Below, in pieces: positions 26,170 to 36,498 of a stretch of DNA of 53,355 nucleotides (the first letter of the stretch is position 1; every line of letters starts with the position of its first letter). A model generated the notes under the pieces. It had not been told where the DNA came from, searched no databases, and saw only the letters and a program-made list of their open reading frames with translations. The translations under genes and the position numbers were made by a program. Origin of the DNA: a virus (Duplodnaviria > Caudoviricetes); IMG/VR virus record IMGVR_UViG_3300044858_000223, positions 1-53,355 of that record; one strand, given 5' to 3'.

Positions 26170-29022
26170 TTAGGCAGGCAGATACTTGTCGGCTTTTACA
26201 GCGGGGGATTGTCTAGTCCTACCCGTGCGAGCCTCACGTATCCGATCCATCATTGCGTAAAGTTTCTTGGCTCCCGCTTTGGTAGAGCCATTACCGAGAT
26301 GCGATACAACATCAGCCGGTACGACGAATTCGCCGTCAGCCAATGCAGCACGTTGTACACCCTTACCGCGAATTACGGCAGGGATGCTGTCAGACATTCC
26401 ATCGCCTTCGCCTTCAAGCAACTTACCGCCAGCCAAGTATTCGGTTGGCATTTCACCGCCGCCTGAGAACCCGAAGTTGTAGTCCTCACCGACAGCAGCG
26501 CCGTACGGATTATTTGGAGTGGGCAACGGCGAACGAGGCATCGTCATGCCACCAGCCTGCATAGCGCGAACTCGACCACCGCCGTACATCGGTCCAACGC
26601 GGGTATCTTGAATAGGCATACCGTCTTCGTCTACCGGATTGCCATCCTCGTCCTCGTAAGTGCCGTCTGATCTTTGGTAATAAGTTCTACCATCGTTACC
26701 AACAACCGTAACTCGGCCTGAACCCGGCGCTCTAAATGCAGGATTACCTCCGGTTGGACGACCACTGCCCCCGGTTCCACCCGGAATACCTACGCCACCA
26801 CTGCCCGGTTTATTGGGCGTAGTTTCACCTGCGGCAGCCGCATCCCTATACATCTGCTGAAGCATTTCTTCAGTAGAGGCTTTCTCTTCGTCAGTCAGAT
26901 CCGGTATCGGCCTACCAGCCTCATCCGTCACTCTCAAACCAAAGAACTTTTTAATCTGATTCTGCGTCTTCTTCGGGAACATCCGATAGGCTGAATACGC
27001 AAGGCCAAGATAAGGATTAATAGATGACAAGCCCATATTAATCAGGGCCTGCGTACCGTAATCCGTCAACTTATCTAGAAGACCCTCATCCCCATCTTCT
27101 TCCTCACCCGTTTTTACAGGCTCATCCTTCTTAGGCTCTTCCTTTTTAGGAGGAGGCGGGGGAGATGGAGGAGGCGTGATCGTAGTTCCCGGCGGCCCCG
27201 GTGGGCTTGGTGGGGGAGCAGGAGGATTCGTGACAGAGGCAATAGGCACGCACGCGCCAACAGCACGATCATACGTGTACCCTGCCTGACAATCAGGATC
27301 AGGTTTATCCGGGGGCGGTTTATTCGGGTCTCCACCCGTGCCGCCACCAATTCCACCCGGCGGGAACGCAATAAACTCCGGATTCTTGGCACGACGATTC
27401 AAATCCGCCACGTAGTCCATAACCGGCTTGGTATTAACCGGGGGTTTGGGCGGAGCATTGATCATGTCCATGTACCGCTGACGCGCCGGATCAAACGGGT
27501 TGTCAGGAGGTAGGATTATAGGCGGAGGACCGACAGGCGGTTCCACGGGGGGAGGCTGCACAAGCGGCGGTCCTTTAGGAGGAGCGACACCTGTGGGAGG
27601 GTTAGACCCAAGCCGGACGTTAGAATTGTCTGCGTTCGGATCAACCGTCGCCGGATCTTTATATCTTGGCGTAGGATCAAAAACTGCACCACCATCCGCA
27701 AACCGTTCTTCTCCTGTGTACGGATCAATCTTCGGCTCATAGCCGCTAACCACTTCACGTGGCTGGGGAGAGTTATTACGGTAATTACTCTGCATCACCG
27801 TAGAGAGCGGATAAGTCTGATTCGGATACGGGAACTGCGGAGTTTGGTGCGGCAGCACACGCTGCTCATTTATGTCCTGACCGGGCACCTGCATCAAACC
27901 GCCGCCAGCGGCGCTAACAACACCCGGAGCCATCGCGTAAGGATTGTACGGAACAAGGCCTTTCTTGGTCTTCTTGTAGTACTTACCCGGAGTTAAGTAT
28001 GAATATTCGCGGCCGTACCCGTACATCGGGTTAAAGTCGCCAGCCATGTACACCAGATCGTCATCAGGGTTACTACCCGGTACTTCAACTTCGGGTGTAA
28101 AGGCATCCGCAAGGCCCATAAACGTGGCTTGTTTGGACAAACTTTGGGCAAAGGGAGACTGGAAGCCGCCGCCCAAGCCTTCACCAAAAGCTTTTCGACT
28201 TTCAGGGGACGTAAATAAATTCTGAGCGCCTTGAAATATCCCTTTGATGCCAGTCGAAGCAATAGGATCACCCGATACCAGATTAGAAGCAATGGCTGCC
28301 CGTCCAGCCCTTAAATCTGCGGGACTCGGAGTTCCTCTGAACGCGCTAGTCGGCTGTACGTAGTTAAGAATTTGATCAGGTGTCGTGGCACCCGAAGCTA
28401 TTGCCTGCCTACCGATAGCCAAGTCGCCAACAGTGGGCGTTCCCTTGAATTTATTAGCAGACGTAAAGAAGTCGATGCCTACTTTCTCAGCGTCCCCAGT
28501 CGGGTTATAGACCGGTTTAGCCCCGACCGTGGCTTTCGCAGCCTCTATAGCTTCATTGGTTTTGACAAGTTCTTCAGGGCTTACTTTTTCAAGCGATGGG
28601 ATTGAAGCTTGTTGCAGCGATTGAGCAAGGTTTGCCCCGCTATAGGCCCCCAAACCAGCCATCAAGCCCTTCTTCAAGTCGCCTTCAATAAGGCTCGTTG
28701 CTCCGCCCACAATCAATGCGGTGCCCAACGCCTGACTACCAAATCCAATAGTCTCAGCAAACTTACCCAGTCCCGGCACGCCCGGCAGGATGGCACCAAT
28801 AATGGTAGGGAGCAGTTTCTTAAGGAACGAGGCTTCGTACAGACCCGTTTCCGGGTTAATCGTCAGGCTACCACCGTGTGCCAAGGCAAGTTTCTGTAAG
28901 CCCTGAACCTCTTCGGGAGCCATGTGAACGAGCACAGAATCTCCGTTCCGACCACGGGAGGCCAGAAGGGAGGCAAGTCCTGCCTCGGGAGGATTCATGT
29001 ATTTCGGGTCGTTGTTATACAT
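26170..29022 (-). CDS. Pro-rich putative internal virion protein
   Basis: N-terminal GRNGDSVLVHM...TINPETGL; Pro-rich centre; C-terminal GDGMSDSIPA...LADGEFVVPADVVS. Confidence 0.75.
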   Translation of the reverse strand: MYNNDPKYMNPPEAGLASLLASRGRNGDSVLVHMAPEEVQGLQKLALAHGGSLTINPETGLYEASFLKKLLPTIIGAILPGVPGLGKFAETIGFGSQALGTALIVGGATSLIEGDLKKGLMAGLGAYSGANLAQSLQQASIPSLEKVSPEELVKTNEAIEAAKATVGAKPVYNPTGDAEKVGIDFFTSANKFKGTPTVGDLAIGRQAIASGATTPDQILNYVQPTSAFRGTPSPADLRAGRAAIASNLVSGDPIASTGIKGIFQGAQNLFTSPESRKAFGEGLGGGFQSPFAQSLSKQATFMGLADAFTPEVEVPGSNPDDDLVYMAGDFNPMYGYGREYSYLTPGKYYKKTKKGLVPYNPYAMAPGVVSAAGGGLMQVPGQDINEQRVLPHQTPQFPYPNQTYPLSTVMQSNYRNNSPQPREVVSGYEPKIDPYTGEERFADGGAVFDPTPRYKDPATVDPNADNSNVRLGSNPPTGVAPPKGPPLVQPPPVEPPVGPPPIILPPDNPFDPARQRYMDMINAPPKPPVNTKPVMDYVADLNRRAKNPEFIAFPPGGIGGGTGGDPNKPPPDKPDPDCQAGYTYDRAVGACVPIASVTNPPAPPPSPPGPPGTTITPPPSPPPPPKKEEPKKDEPVKTGEEEDGDEGLLDKLTDYGTQALINMGLSSINPYLGLAYSAYRMFPKKTQNQIKKFFGLRVTDEAGRPIPDLTDEEKASTEEMLQQMYRDAAAAGETTPNKPGSGGVGIPGGTGGSGRPTGGNPAFRAPGSGRVTVVGNDGRTYYQRSDGTYEDEDGNPVDEDGMPIQDTRVGPMYGGGRVRAMQAGGMTMPRSPLPTPNNPYGAAVGEDYNFGFSGGGEMPTEYLAGGKLLEGEGDGMSDSIPAVIRGKGVQRAALADGEFVVPADVVSHLGNGSTKAGAKKLYAMMDRIREARTGRTRQSPAVKADKYLPA

Positions 29023-29055
29023 ACGCCCCCCGTGGGGTAAATTTGTTTAATAGTA

Positions 29056-29649
29056 TCACTGGTTTGCCTCGTAGATCGACACCCACGAGACCGTCAGGAT
29101 AATCGACGGGATGGCTGGGATGTTCCCGGTAGCGGCTACATACGGAATAACAACGGCTGTATCTGCCGCCTGCCAAGCCAACTCGAAATAGTCGCCTGCT
29201 TCCATCACAAGGACAAAGTTCCAAGCAGCCACGATCTCGTTGTTCGGGCCGTCGATGACAATCTTGGTGGCTGAGTCTGGGAGATTTATCCCGTTGATAC
29301 GAGGCCATATATAAACGGCACTTGCTGAACCACCTGATTTGTCCAACTGTGCCGAGAACTGAAAGTTATAGACCCCAGTCTGATTTACGTAGATTTTGGA
29401 AGCAGGTGTTGACCGAGTAATTTGATACTCTGAAATAACAGAATTAAAACTAAATAGATTGACCGCATCAGCAACCGGATTTAATTGTGTCGTCGTATCA
29501 AAATACGAAGCGTGCGGTAACGGCGAATTAACCTTGTTGGTTATGCGGTTAAAGAAAAGGCGTAAGACGTTACCAAACTGATCTTGGTACCGCTGCTCGT
29601 ATATAGCAGGAGCAATAGGTAGGTTAGGCGGTGTGATGTTATCGGCCAT
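29056..29649 (-). CDS. virion structural/tail protein
   Basis: PPNLPIAP..Y...LRLFF N-terminus plus a beta-rich GVYNFQFSAQ domain. Confidence 0.7.
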   Translation of the reverse strand: MADNITPPNLPIAPAIYEQRYQDQFGNVLRLFFNRITNKVNSPLPHASYFDTTTQLNPVADAVNLFSFNSVISEYQITRSTPASKIYVNQTGVYNFQFSAQLDKSGGSASAVYIWPRINGINLPDSATKIVIDGPNNEIVAAWNFVLVMEAGDYFELAWQAADTAVVIPYVAATGNIPAIPSIILTVSWVSIYEANQ

Positions 29650-31940
29650 TACCGACGACCATCCGGGCGAACATCAATACGCATCATGCCCATCTGCCAC
29701 GCTACACCAAGGGCAGTTGAGTCCAAACGGAACGCCATCTGACGACCACGAACTCTTGTATATACCTGACCCGTATACTGCTGAATCGGGATGACAGATG
29801 TACGAGTTACAGTCGGAGTGTCCGCAGCCGTGTAGTTACTGCCTGAGTTTTGACGGGGTTTAACGGTCAGCGTTACAGTCGGGTTTGCCGTTGTAGACCC
29901 TGTGAAGTTAAGGTCAGGCAAGATACGCCAGACGTACCCAAAATTCTGACCGTCTTGAATGTCAAAGTCAGACGATTCAATAAAGGCTTCAATAGGCAGC
30001 GGCGGGGTTACTGACTGATCATCGTTACCCACTTCGTGCAACATGGCCTGATTTGGCACGTAGTAACTGACCAACGTGTACTGGTCATGAGAAGCCGCCG
30101 TCGTGCTTTCTGCCCCACGAACGCAGCCAGTTAAAGTGTTGTTGCTGCGTCCTGTATACGTAATCTTTTCAGAGTCAATCTGAATAGTTCCAGCAGTCGG
30201 ATACGTAGCACCGTCCGTAAGAGCAATCGTCGTAACAGAAGAATTAATTGCAGTGGCAAGATAGCCGGTCTGAATGCTGAAAGCCGCAATCGGGTAGTTA
30301 CGCTGCGAATGTTCAGACCAGAACGTACGATTGATATTGCCGTAATACCAGATCCGCTCAAGGTAGTTATAGATCACATACCGATCATTAATCTGGCTAT
30401 TGGCTGACGGGTAGAACCACCAAACTTCGTTGAAGCCTTCGTTAGAACCAGCCACAACCTGATCAAGTTGATCGTAGTTAATATCGCTAAAAATGAATTG
30501 GCGCAGGGTGCAAGGCAGTGTTTCAACACGACCAGAGTACATGAAGAACTTATCCCGACCCATCCAGTAAGTGACGTTGTTCACGTTCTGGAATGCATTC
30601 TGAGATGCAATGGATATATCTTGATCAAGCAGAGTGAACGACCACACAAACGGCGGTCCCACGTACTGCATAGAGAAGATGGCCGTATCCGTCCAAATCA
30701 GGATTTCTTGACGGGTATTGGTCGCCGTGCTGATAAACGAACCGTGCGACAGCGTTTGTTCACCTGACTGGTTCGTAACTGCCGGAACCCATTCGTACGC
30801 ATTGCCTTGGTCAGACCAACGTACCAAAAGCGGGTCAAACGCCGTATCAAAGTTAGTTGGGTCGTACGGTGTGGCCCCACAGCAGATAACAAAGTCGTTA
30901 ACCGGCGAGTCGATAATTACGTTGGTTTCGTTTGGAACAAACCGTCCGGCAAAACTAAACGACACCGCCGAAGCAGTTAACGAGCCAGACGTAGAAGCCG
31001 AAAGAGTGACCGAGGTAGTACCATTCCAAGCCGTAGTTACGTAAGTACCAACAGGGATATTGGTGCCAGAAACTACTGATCCGGTAGTAATGCCCGTCGC
31101 ATCCGCAACAAGAATAGTCGAAGCGCCTGAAGCAGCCGTAGCCGTCGTAGACACTTTAATTGTGCTATTGGCCTTCTCTTCCAACGTAACTGCACGGGGC
31201 CACGAGGACGTATTGGTGGTCCAGAAATAAATCTCGCCGCCACGCTCGGCAAACATCAAATCGTTACCGTAGTTGAACATTGACCAGAGCCGCATAGGGA
31301 TACCGGCACCGGTAGCAGAACCCCAACCACCTGAGCCCCAAGGCGGTCCACCCCAGCCGACGCTAGTCGTGTAGACGGCGTTGCCAGCGTCGATATCAAA
31401 CTTGGCTATAACAAGTGACCCGCCACCCGTCGTGGTAGACCCAGCGTTAGCATCGGCATAAAACGTGAACGAATCGGCGTTCGGTACGGATTGAATCTCG
31501 TAGTCGCCACTAATTGTCAGACTGGCAACAGTCGTTGCGCCAGAAAAGTTTACATAAGTGCCGATACCCGATGCGTGTGCCGTGGCAGTAACCGTAATAA
31601 GACGGCTACCAGAAGTAGTCGAAAACGGGTTCTGAGACAGGGTAAGCGAGTTCCCCAGAGGCGTAATATCGTAATACTCGCCGCCAAGTTCTACGTAGAC
31701 TTTCTGGTTGGTGCCTACGCCAAGCAAGTTCTGGCCGACATTAGTCACCCAGTTCCAGAGCATTCGGCAGACACCCTTAAACGTGCTGCCACCTACGTTC
31801 ATACTCTGCCAGCCGCCAATTTTCTCAGCATAGCCGGATCGAAACCGAATCTTATCGCCAGCAAAAAAGCCGCCTTCATTGGCGTAGCTAGTCGATTCAC
31901 GGTTCACGCCGGGGCGTAATTCAAGTTTCTGTAAGGGCAT
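29649..31940 (-). CDS. tail nozzle / stabilisation protein (P22 gp10 / T7 gp12-like)
   Basis: 763 aa beta-rich; LVRWSDQ, EILIWTD, EVWWFYPS, DRYVIYNY; C-terminal RVRGRQ...MRIDVRPDGRR. Confidence 0.8.
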   Translation of the reverse strand: MPLQKLELRPGVNRESTSYANEGGFFAGDKIRFRSGYAEKIGGWQSMNVGGSTFKGVCRMLWNWVTNVGQNLLGVGTNQKVYVELGGEYYDITPLGNSLTLSQNPFSTTSGSRLITVTATAHASGIGTYVNFSGATTVASLTISGDYEIQSVPNADSFTFYADANAGSTTTGGGSLVIAKFDIDAGNAVYTTSVGWGGPPWGSGGWGSATGAGIPMRLWSMFNYGNDLMFAERGGEIYFWTTNTSSWPRAVTLEEKANSTIKVSTTATAASGASTILVADATGITTGSVVSGTNIPVGTYVTTAWNGTTSVTLSASTSGSLTASAVSFSFAGRFVPNETNVIIDSPVNDFVICCGATPYDPTNFDTAFDPLLVRWSDQGNAYEWVPAVTNQSGEQTLSHGSFISTATNTRQEILIWTDTAIFSMQYVGPPFVWSFTLLDQDISIASQNAFQNVNNVTYWMGRDKFFMYSGRVETLPCTLRQFIFSDINYDQLDQVVAGSNEGFNEVWWFYPSANSQINDRYVIYNYLERIWYYGNINRTFWSEHSQRNYPIAAFSIQTGYLATAINSSVTTIALTDGATYPTAGTIQIDSEKITYTGRSNNTLTGCVRGAESTTAASHDQYTLVSYYVPNQAMLHEVGNDDQSVTPPLPIEAFIESSDFDIQDGQNFGYVWRILPDLNFTGSTTANPTVTLTVKPRQNSGSNYTAADTPTVTRTSVIPIQQYTGQVYTRVRGRQMAFRLDSTALGVAWQMGMMRIDVRPDGRR

Positions 31941-32429
31941 CTAGGCAACTCCTGACAGATACAACGCTCGCTCGTCGTTGCGGCGCTTTACCAGACCCGG
32001 CAGTACTCTACCACCCGCCTTCGTCCATTTCAGGAATTCGTCAGCCGCCTCGTCAAAGTCGCCCCGATTGGTCTTCATCCGCAGCGAACTACGCTGCAAA
32101 TTGCCGAGACCCACGTTGAAGGCAAAAGATACGAGAGAATCAAAGACTCCTTGGCGACCAGAAGCAGCAGGGCAAAGTCTAAGAACGCCACGCTCAAACC
32201 TGCGAAGGTCTTGAGCAAGAATAGTATCCACCTCTCCCATACTAAGGATGCGGTCCCAGCCCTCGGGTATCGGTAGATTCTTGCGCTCCTCATACTTCAC
32301 CGCAGCGTGAGTAGGGTCAATTACATGGCCGACGCCGACAGTCCACAAGAGAGCAGGACAGCGGTAAGGTTTATTCCTTACCCCCTCGTGATGTTTGATC
32401 ATGTCGATGGCGGCGGGACTGACCTTCAC
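31941..32429 (-). CDS. endolysin, GH24 lysozyme
   Basis: IKHHEG...YRCPALLWTVGVGH, FAFNVGLG, FLKWTKAGGRVLPGLVKRRNDE. Confidence 0.95.
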   Translation of the reverse strand: MKVSPAAIDMIKHHEGVRNKPYRCPALLWTVGVGHVIDPTHAAVKYEERKNLPIPEGWDRILSMGEVDTILAQDLRRFERGVLRLCPAASGRQGVFDSLVSFAFNVGLGNLQRSSLRMKTNRGDFDEAADEFLKWTKAGGRVLPGLVKRRNDERALYLSGVA

Positions 32430-32432
32430 CGC

Positions 32433-32921
32433 TTACCCCTTTTTCTGGAATGCTTGCGTCCCGAACCAGAAGGCGATAATTGAACTCAGAATTAGCATCT
32501 CGTCGTCCGAGAAGACATTCTCCATTGCAATCGCAAACGGGATGCCGGTGGTGTACGCATACCAAACCCCGGCGACATTCAGTGCCACGAGTTCCAGCAC
32601 GAAGATGTAAGTCACGACCGGACGCACCGAAGCGCGAAGATTGATCATCCATTGGGACGCACCTTTGCCAATCTCGACATCGTGCTGGTAGAGAGCCTGA
32701 CGTTCTTCGGCAGCAGTCTGAGTTTGTATCTGCTCTAACTTGATCTCTTCGACCCGTGCTTGAGCAATTAAGCCACGCTCAGCCAACGCCAACTCCCGCT
32801 CCTTCTGGGCAGCGACGAGGGCAAGTTCATGCTTCTTATCCTGCCGGTCTTGGAAGATCGACAAGATTTTGGGCAGTCCACCTGCGAGGAAGGAAAGAAA
32901 TGTACTGACGAGGGTCATCAT
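32433..32921 (-). CDS. putative holin (GTA 3-TM holin-like)
   Basis: NLRASVRPVVTY...IIAFWFG with hydrophobic helices; directly upstream of the lysozyme. Confidence 0.8.
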   Translation of the reverse strand: MMTLVSTFLSFLAGGLPKILSIFQDRQDKKHELALVAAQKERELALAERGLIAQARVEEIKLEQIQTQTAAEERQALYQHDVEIGKGASQWMINLRASVRPVVTYIFVLELVALNVAGVWYAYTTGIPFAIAMENVFSDDEMLILSSIIAFWFGTQAFQKKG

Positions 32922-32935
32922 GATTCAACCCTCAA

Positions 32936-33253
32936 TTAGATCCAAGGTAACGGTTTATTCTCAATCGGAACGCTTGGTCTATTATTTAAACCACTATTCA
33001 ACATAGTTTCAATTTGAGTCTTATCGACGCCAGCAGCAAAACACCAACCCAATATTTGATCTTCAGTTAAATTTTGAAATTCAGTAAAAGAATCTCCGAT
33101 ACCAAACATCATCTGTCCGTAGCAAGAACCCCAATAAGTAGCGTAAGTGCCATCGTCACTGGCAATACATTTCCACATTACTTTTACAACTACATCTGTA
33201 TGTCCCGCTTCTTGGGGGATAACGTACAAACCTTCAATTTTCCAAGTAAACAT
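32936..33253 (-). CDS. tail-fibre-associated small protein
   Basis: MFTWKI...DVV..V.W...FTEFQNLTEDQILGWC...PLPW; ATG 33253 after GAGG. Confidence 0.75.
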   Translation of the reverse strand: MFTWKIEGLYVIPQEAGHTDVVVKVMWKCIASDDGTYATYWGSCYGQMMFGIGDSFTEFQNLTEDQILGWCFAAGVDKTQIETMLNSGLNNRPSVPIENKPLPWI

Positions 33254-33269
33254 TATTAAACCCTCAAAT

Positions 33270-34127
33270 TTATTGTTCAGGCGCAACAACTATGAGTAGG
33301 CCGGGGCCGCCGGGGGCGTTTGGACTACTACCCTCACCGCCGCCACCGCCGCCACCGCCACCGAAATAATTAGACGAAAGCGGGGAAAACCTAATACCTG
33401 CGCCAGCACCGCCACCGCCGCCATAATTACCCCCGTTACCGCCAGAAGCGTTCGGTACGCTACCTCCGGGATTGTTGCCGGGACCTCCGCCACCGGCACC
33501 GCCTGTACCGACAAGTTTTCCTCCAGAAGCAGTAGAAGTACCGGTAGAACTGCCGCCGCCACCGCCGGGGCCACCAAGCGAAAACGGACTTGCGTCACCG
33601 CCACCGCCGCCGCCAGCGCCACCGCCGCATCCGGCACTACTAGGACTGCCGGGGCCTCCGTAACCGCCCTCAAGAAATCGATCTCCGCCGGGAGCGCCGC
33701 CGCCACCAGAGTGACTTCCGTAAGTCCCTGCTGCTGCACCAGCACCGCCGGGAGCACCAAATTCATTATTACTATTACTACCAGTACTTCCCCCTGCGAG
33801 AGTGAAAATAGTAGTTCCGCTTCTCGTTATGCTGGTCGTCCCGCCCGCACCACCAACTGAATAGTTAAGTGTTTCACCCGGAGTAACAGTAAGACTGTAT
33901 CCAGTTAGCTGACTGGCACCGCCACCGCCACCGCCACCGCCACTCTGATACGCAGCGCCGCCAACTGAATATCCGCCGGGACCTCCGCCACCGCAGCCCC
34001 AAACTTTGATGTATGTATATCCAGAAGGCACAGTAAAGGTGCCGCTAGTTGGTCCTCCAGTTGCCAGTAGCTGTACTTCAGGACTTTTGCCCTTTGCGGA
34101 CAAAATTAGCATTTGAACGCCGCTCAT
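33270..34127 (-). CDS. glycine-rich tail fibre / receptor-binding protein
   Basis: SGTFTVPSG...VWGCGGGG and poly-Gly tracts ending GGPGLLIVV. Confidence 0.8.
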   Translation of the reverse strand: MSGVQMLILSAKGKSPEVQLLATGGPTSGTFTVPSGYTYIKVWGCGGGGPGGYSVGGAAYQSGGGGGGGGASQLTGYSLTVTPGETLNYSVGGAGGTTSITRSGTTIFTLAGGSTGSNSNNEFGAPGGAGAAAGTYGSHSGGGGAPGGDRFLEGGYGGPGSPSSAGCGGGAGGGGGGDASPFSLGGPGGGGGSSTGTSTASGGKLVGTGGAGGGGPGNNPGGSVPNASGGNGGNYGGGGGAGAGIRFSPLSSNYFGGGGGGGGGEGSSPNAPGGPGLLIVVAPEQ

Positions 34128-34131
34128 TGTA

Positions 34132-35130
34132 TTAACTCAGATTTCCGCTAATGACACACAATGAAGGATTAATAAACAAAACTGTGGCAATACCGCGAGT
34201 AGCCAACGTCAAACTAGCGCGGTCGGCATTAGTGCCAGCTTGATATGCCGTTGTAATCGGGCAATTGATGCTGATATTGCCAGTCGTATCGTTGTAGATA
34301 GACACAGCGTTTCCGGCTACAAACGTATCATTCGGCACCGTAATACTGCCGCCAGAACCAACCGTAACAAACTCACCAATATCTGTAATGGCAAGCGTGT
34401 AGGCAGAAGTTTTAGCGGCACCTGCTGACGGGATGTTACGAAGATTTCCAACGCCGTCAGACGAAGTAGTAAACGTGCCGGTCGTGCCCGTAACAGTCGT
34501 GATGTTGGCACTTGCGCCTTGGAACTGCGTAGTAGCCTGAGCGCCCATGTTTGTGGCGCTGATCGTCGTACCCGTAACAGTTGTAATGTTGGCGCTTGCA
34601 CCTTGGAACTGAGTCGTCGATTGCGAACCCATGTTCGTGGCACTAAACGTAGTACCAGTCGCAGTCGTGATACTGGCTGACGTTGCATTCAACGTCGTAA
34701 CCGTAATGCTGCTTGGTACAGCCGTTAGATACGTCGTTGCTTCAACAACATCCGTACCGTTCGACACCAAGATAACTTTCTGCCCTGCCGTGACCGATAC
34801 ACCGGTCTGCCCAGTTACCTTCACCGTCACAGCACCCGAAGCGTTGTTGTAGATGAAGTACAGTTTCTTGTTGGCAGGAACTTCAAGTACCGTGCTGGCA
34901 CCGCCGGTTCCCGTCAGTTCAATAAACATGTTACGGGCAACGCCCGAAGAACCGTTCGGGATAGTGATGGTGGTTGTGGCACCTGTTGATACGGCTTGGG
35001 TGACGTAACCAGAGATAGCCTGCTCAATGAGCGTGCCAAGGTTCGTGTTAGTGGTGTTACCCCACGTACCGGCCTGATCGCCTGTGCCGATCAGTTCAAT
35101 AGCAAGGTTGGTGCTGAATGTGCTAGACAT
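34132..35130 (-). CDS. tail fibre protein
   Basis: MSSTFSTNLAIELIGTGDQAGTWGNTTNTNL attachment domain; Thr-rich repeats. Confidence 0.8.
   Translation of the reverse strand: MSSTFSTNLAIELIGTGDQAGTWGNTTNTNLGTLIEQAISGYVTQAVSTGATTTITIPNGSSGVARNMFIELTGTGGASTVLEVPANKKLYFIYNNASGAVTVKVTGQTGVSVTAGQKVILVSNGTDVVEATTYLTAVPSSITVTTLNATSASITTATGTTFSATNMGSQSTTQFQGASANITTVTGTTISATNMGAQATTQFQGASANITTVTGTTGTFTTSSDGVGNLRNIPSAGAAKTSAYTLAITDIGEFVTVGSGGSITVPNDTFVAGNAVSIYNDTTGNISINCPITTAYQAGTNADRASLTLATRGIATVLFINPSLCVISGNLS
34480..34680 (-). repeat. 84 bp (28 aa) tandem repeat, about 2.4 copies
   Basis: SAxITTxTGTTxSATNMGxQxTTQFQGA; CCTTGGAACTG recurs at 34517 and 34601. Confidence 0.85.
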
Positions 35131-35141
35131 TTTTAATTACC

Positions 35142-36029
35142 TCACGCGGCGATTTGTATCCAGTTCGCATTCTGGTTAGTGTTAATCAATCCCCATACAT
35201 TTACTGCGGGTGACTGCGATCCAATATTACCTGTCGCGGATACCCCAGTTACGATATATCTAGACTCAATCGTTACAGTGCCAGTCTGTCCTGTAGCCTC
35301 TACTCCCGTAACAGGATACTTGGAGAACTGTTCTGCGATGCCAAGTTCGCTAGTACCCGTAACGCCTGTTACCGAGAAAATACAATCAAGAACAAATGAA
35401 ACAGTGCCTATTTCGCCTGTGCCCTGTACACCGTCTTCGATGACAACAGCGGTGGCAACGATAACCTCGTCACCAAGTTCGCCAGTCGCCTCAAGCCCCG
35501 TAACAAGTTGAGTATGCCCAGAAATAACAAAAATAGTGCCTAGTTGTGTTGTACCAGCAAGCCCTGTAACAGACAAAATCTGCTCAGTAGATAGCGATAC
35601 AGTTCCCAATTCACCGGTAGCAGATACACCGTTTACCGGATAAACCGAGAATACTTCTACAGCACCAAGTTCAGTCGTTCCTACTACGCCGTCTTCAATA
35701 ACAATAGCGTCAGCAACAACAACTTCATCACTCAGAATGGCTTGGGCTTCAACGCCAACAGCAAGCACATCCGCATTGGCAATAACGACAACTGAACCAA
35801 GTTCACTCGTTGCTGATACGCCAGTAACTGAAAGTACTTGGTCATGAGAGACAAAAACCGTCCCTAGCTCACTCGTTCCAGTGAAGCGGTAGTAGGTTTC
35901 GCCCCAGCCTTCTTCGCCCCAGCCACTTGTTGAAGAACCAAAGCCACCAAGGACAATGGTTACATCAGTGACTGATCCCCAGCCTAGCTCACCCCAGCCA
36001 CGTAAACCCCAACCAATCGGGTCTGGCAC
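35142..36029 (-). CDS. repetitive beta-rich virion protein
   Basis: GWGxxGWG N-terminal motifs; repeated VTGVxATGELGTV units. Confidence 0.75.
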   Translation of the reverse strand: MPDPIGWGLRGWGELGWGSVTDVTIVLGGFGSSTSGWGEEGWGETYYRFTGTSELGTVFVSHDQVLSVTGVSATSELGSVVVIANADVLAVGVEAQAILSDEVVVADAIVIEDGVVGTTELGAVEVFSVYPVNGVSATGELGTVSLSTEQILSVTGLAGTTQLGTIFVISGHTQLVTGLEATGELGDEVIVATAVVIEDGVQGTGEIGTVSFVLDCIFSVTGVTGTSELGIAEQFSKYPVTGVEATGQTGTVTIESRYIVTGVSATGNIGSQSPAVNVWGLINTNQNANWIQIAA

Positions 36030-36042
36030 GGGAGTTCTCTAG

Positions 36043-36498
36043 TTAGGCGATACGAATAATGGCGGTCGAAGCAGCGGCAGCCGGGAACTGGATGGTGAAG
36101 TTACCAGCCGTCGAGGTCTTATCACCGCCGAACGCCAGAACCGCAACAGCCTTGTTACCCTGAGTCGCGTTATAGATCAGAGCGCCGTTTGCCGTGATCG
36201 TGGCCGAAACCCACGTGGTATCGTCGAAGTCCAAGAACGCCGTTGTACCGGTCGAAGTCGGAACCTGCGATACCGTGAGCGTGTTACCGCCCGCCGTGTA
36301 GTTCGTGCCAGACGACGAAACTTCATCAGAAGTTGAATATGCCGTGGTAGCGGCACCCAACGTAGCAGACGAAGTAAACAACGCAATCTTGAACACATCA
36401 GGAGCCGCAGAAGCGCGGATCACCGCCGAGCCGAACGCATGAATGCCGTTAAGGATTTCAACCTTAAACGACGTTGCCATTGCTTGTGTAATAGCCAT
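36043..36498 (-). CDS. virion structural protein
   Basis: MAITQAMATSFKVEIL...FKIALFTS...GALIYN...FGGDKTST...FTIQFP...AIIRIA. Confidence 0.8.
   Translation of the reverse strand: MAITQAMATSFKVEILNGIHAFGSAVIRASAAPDVFKIALFTSSATLGAATTAYSTSDEVSSSGTNYTAGGNTLTVSQVPTSTGTTAFLDFDDTTWVSATITANGALIYNATQGNKAVAVLAFGGDKTSTAGNFTIQFPAAAASTAIIRIA

Noticed and set aside
33270-35130. Diversity-generating retroelement or invertible tail-fibre system
   Set aside because: No reverse transcriptase, invertase or template/variable repeat pair seen in the window
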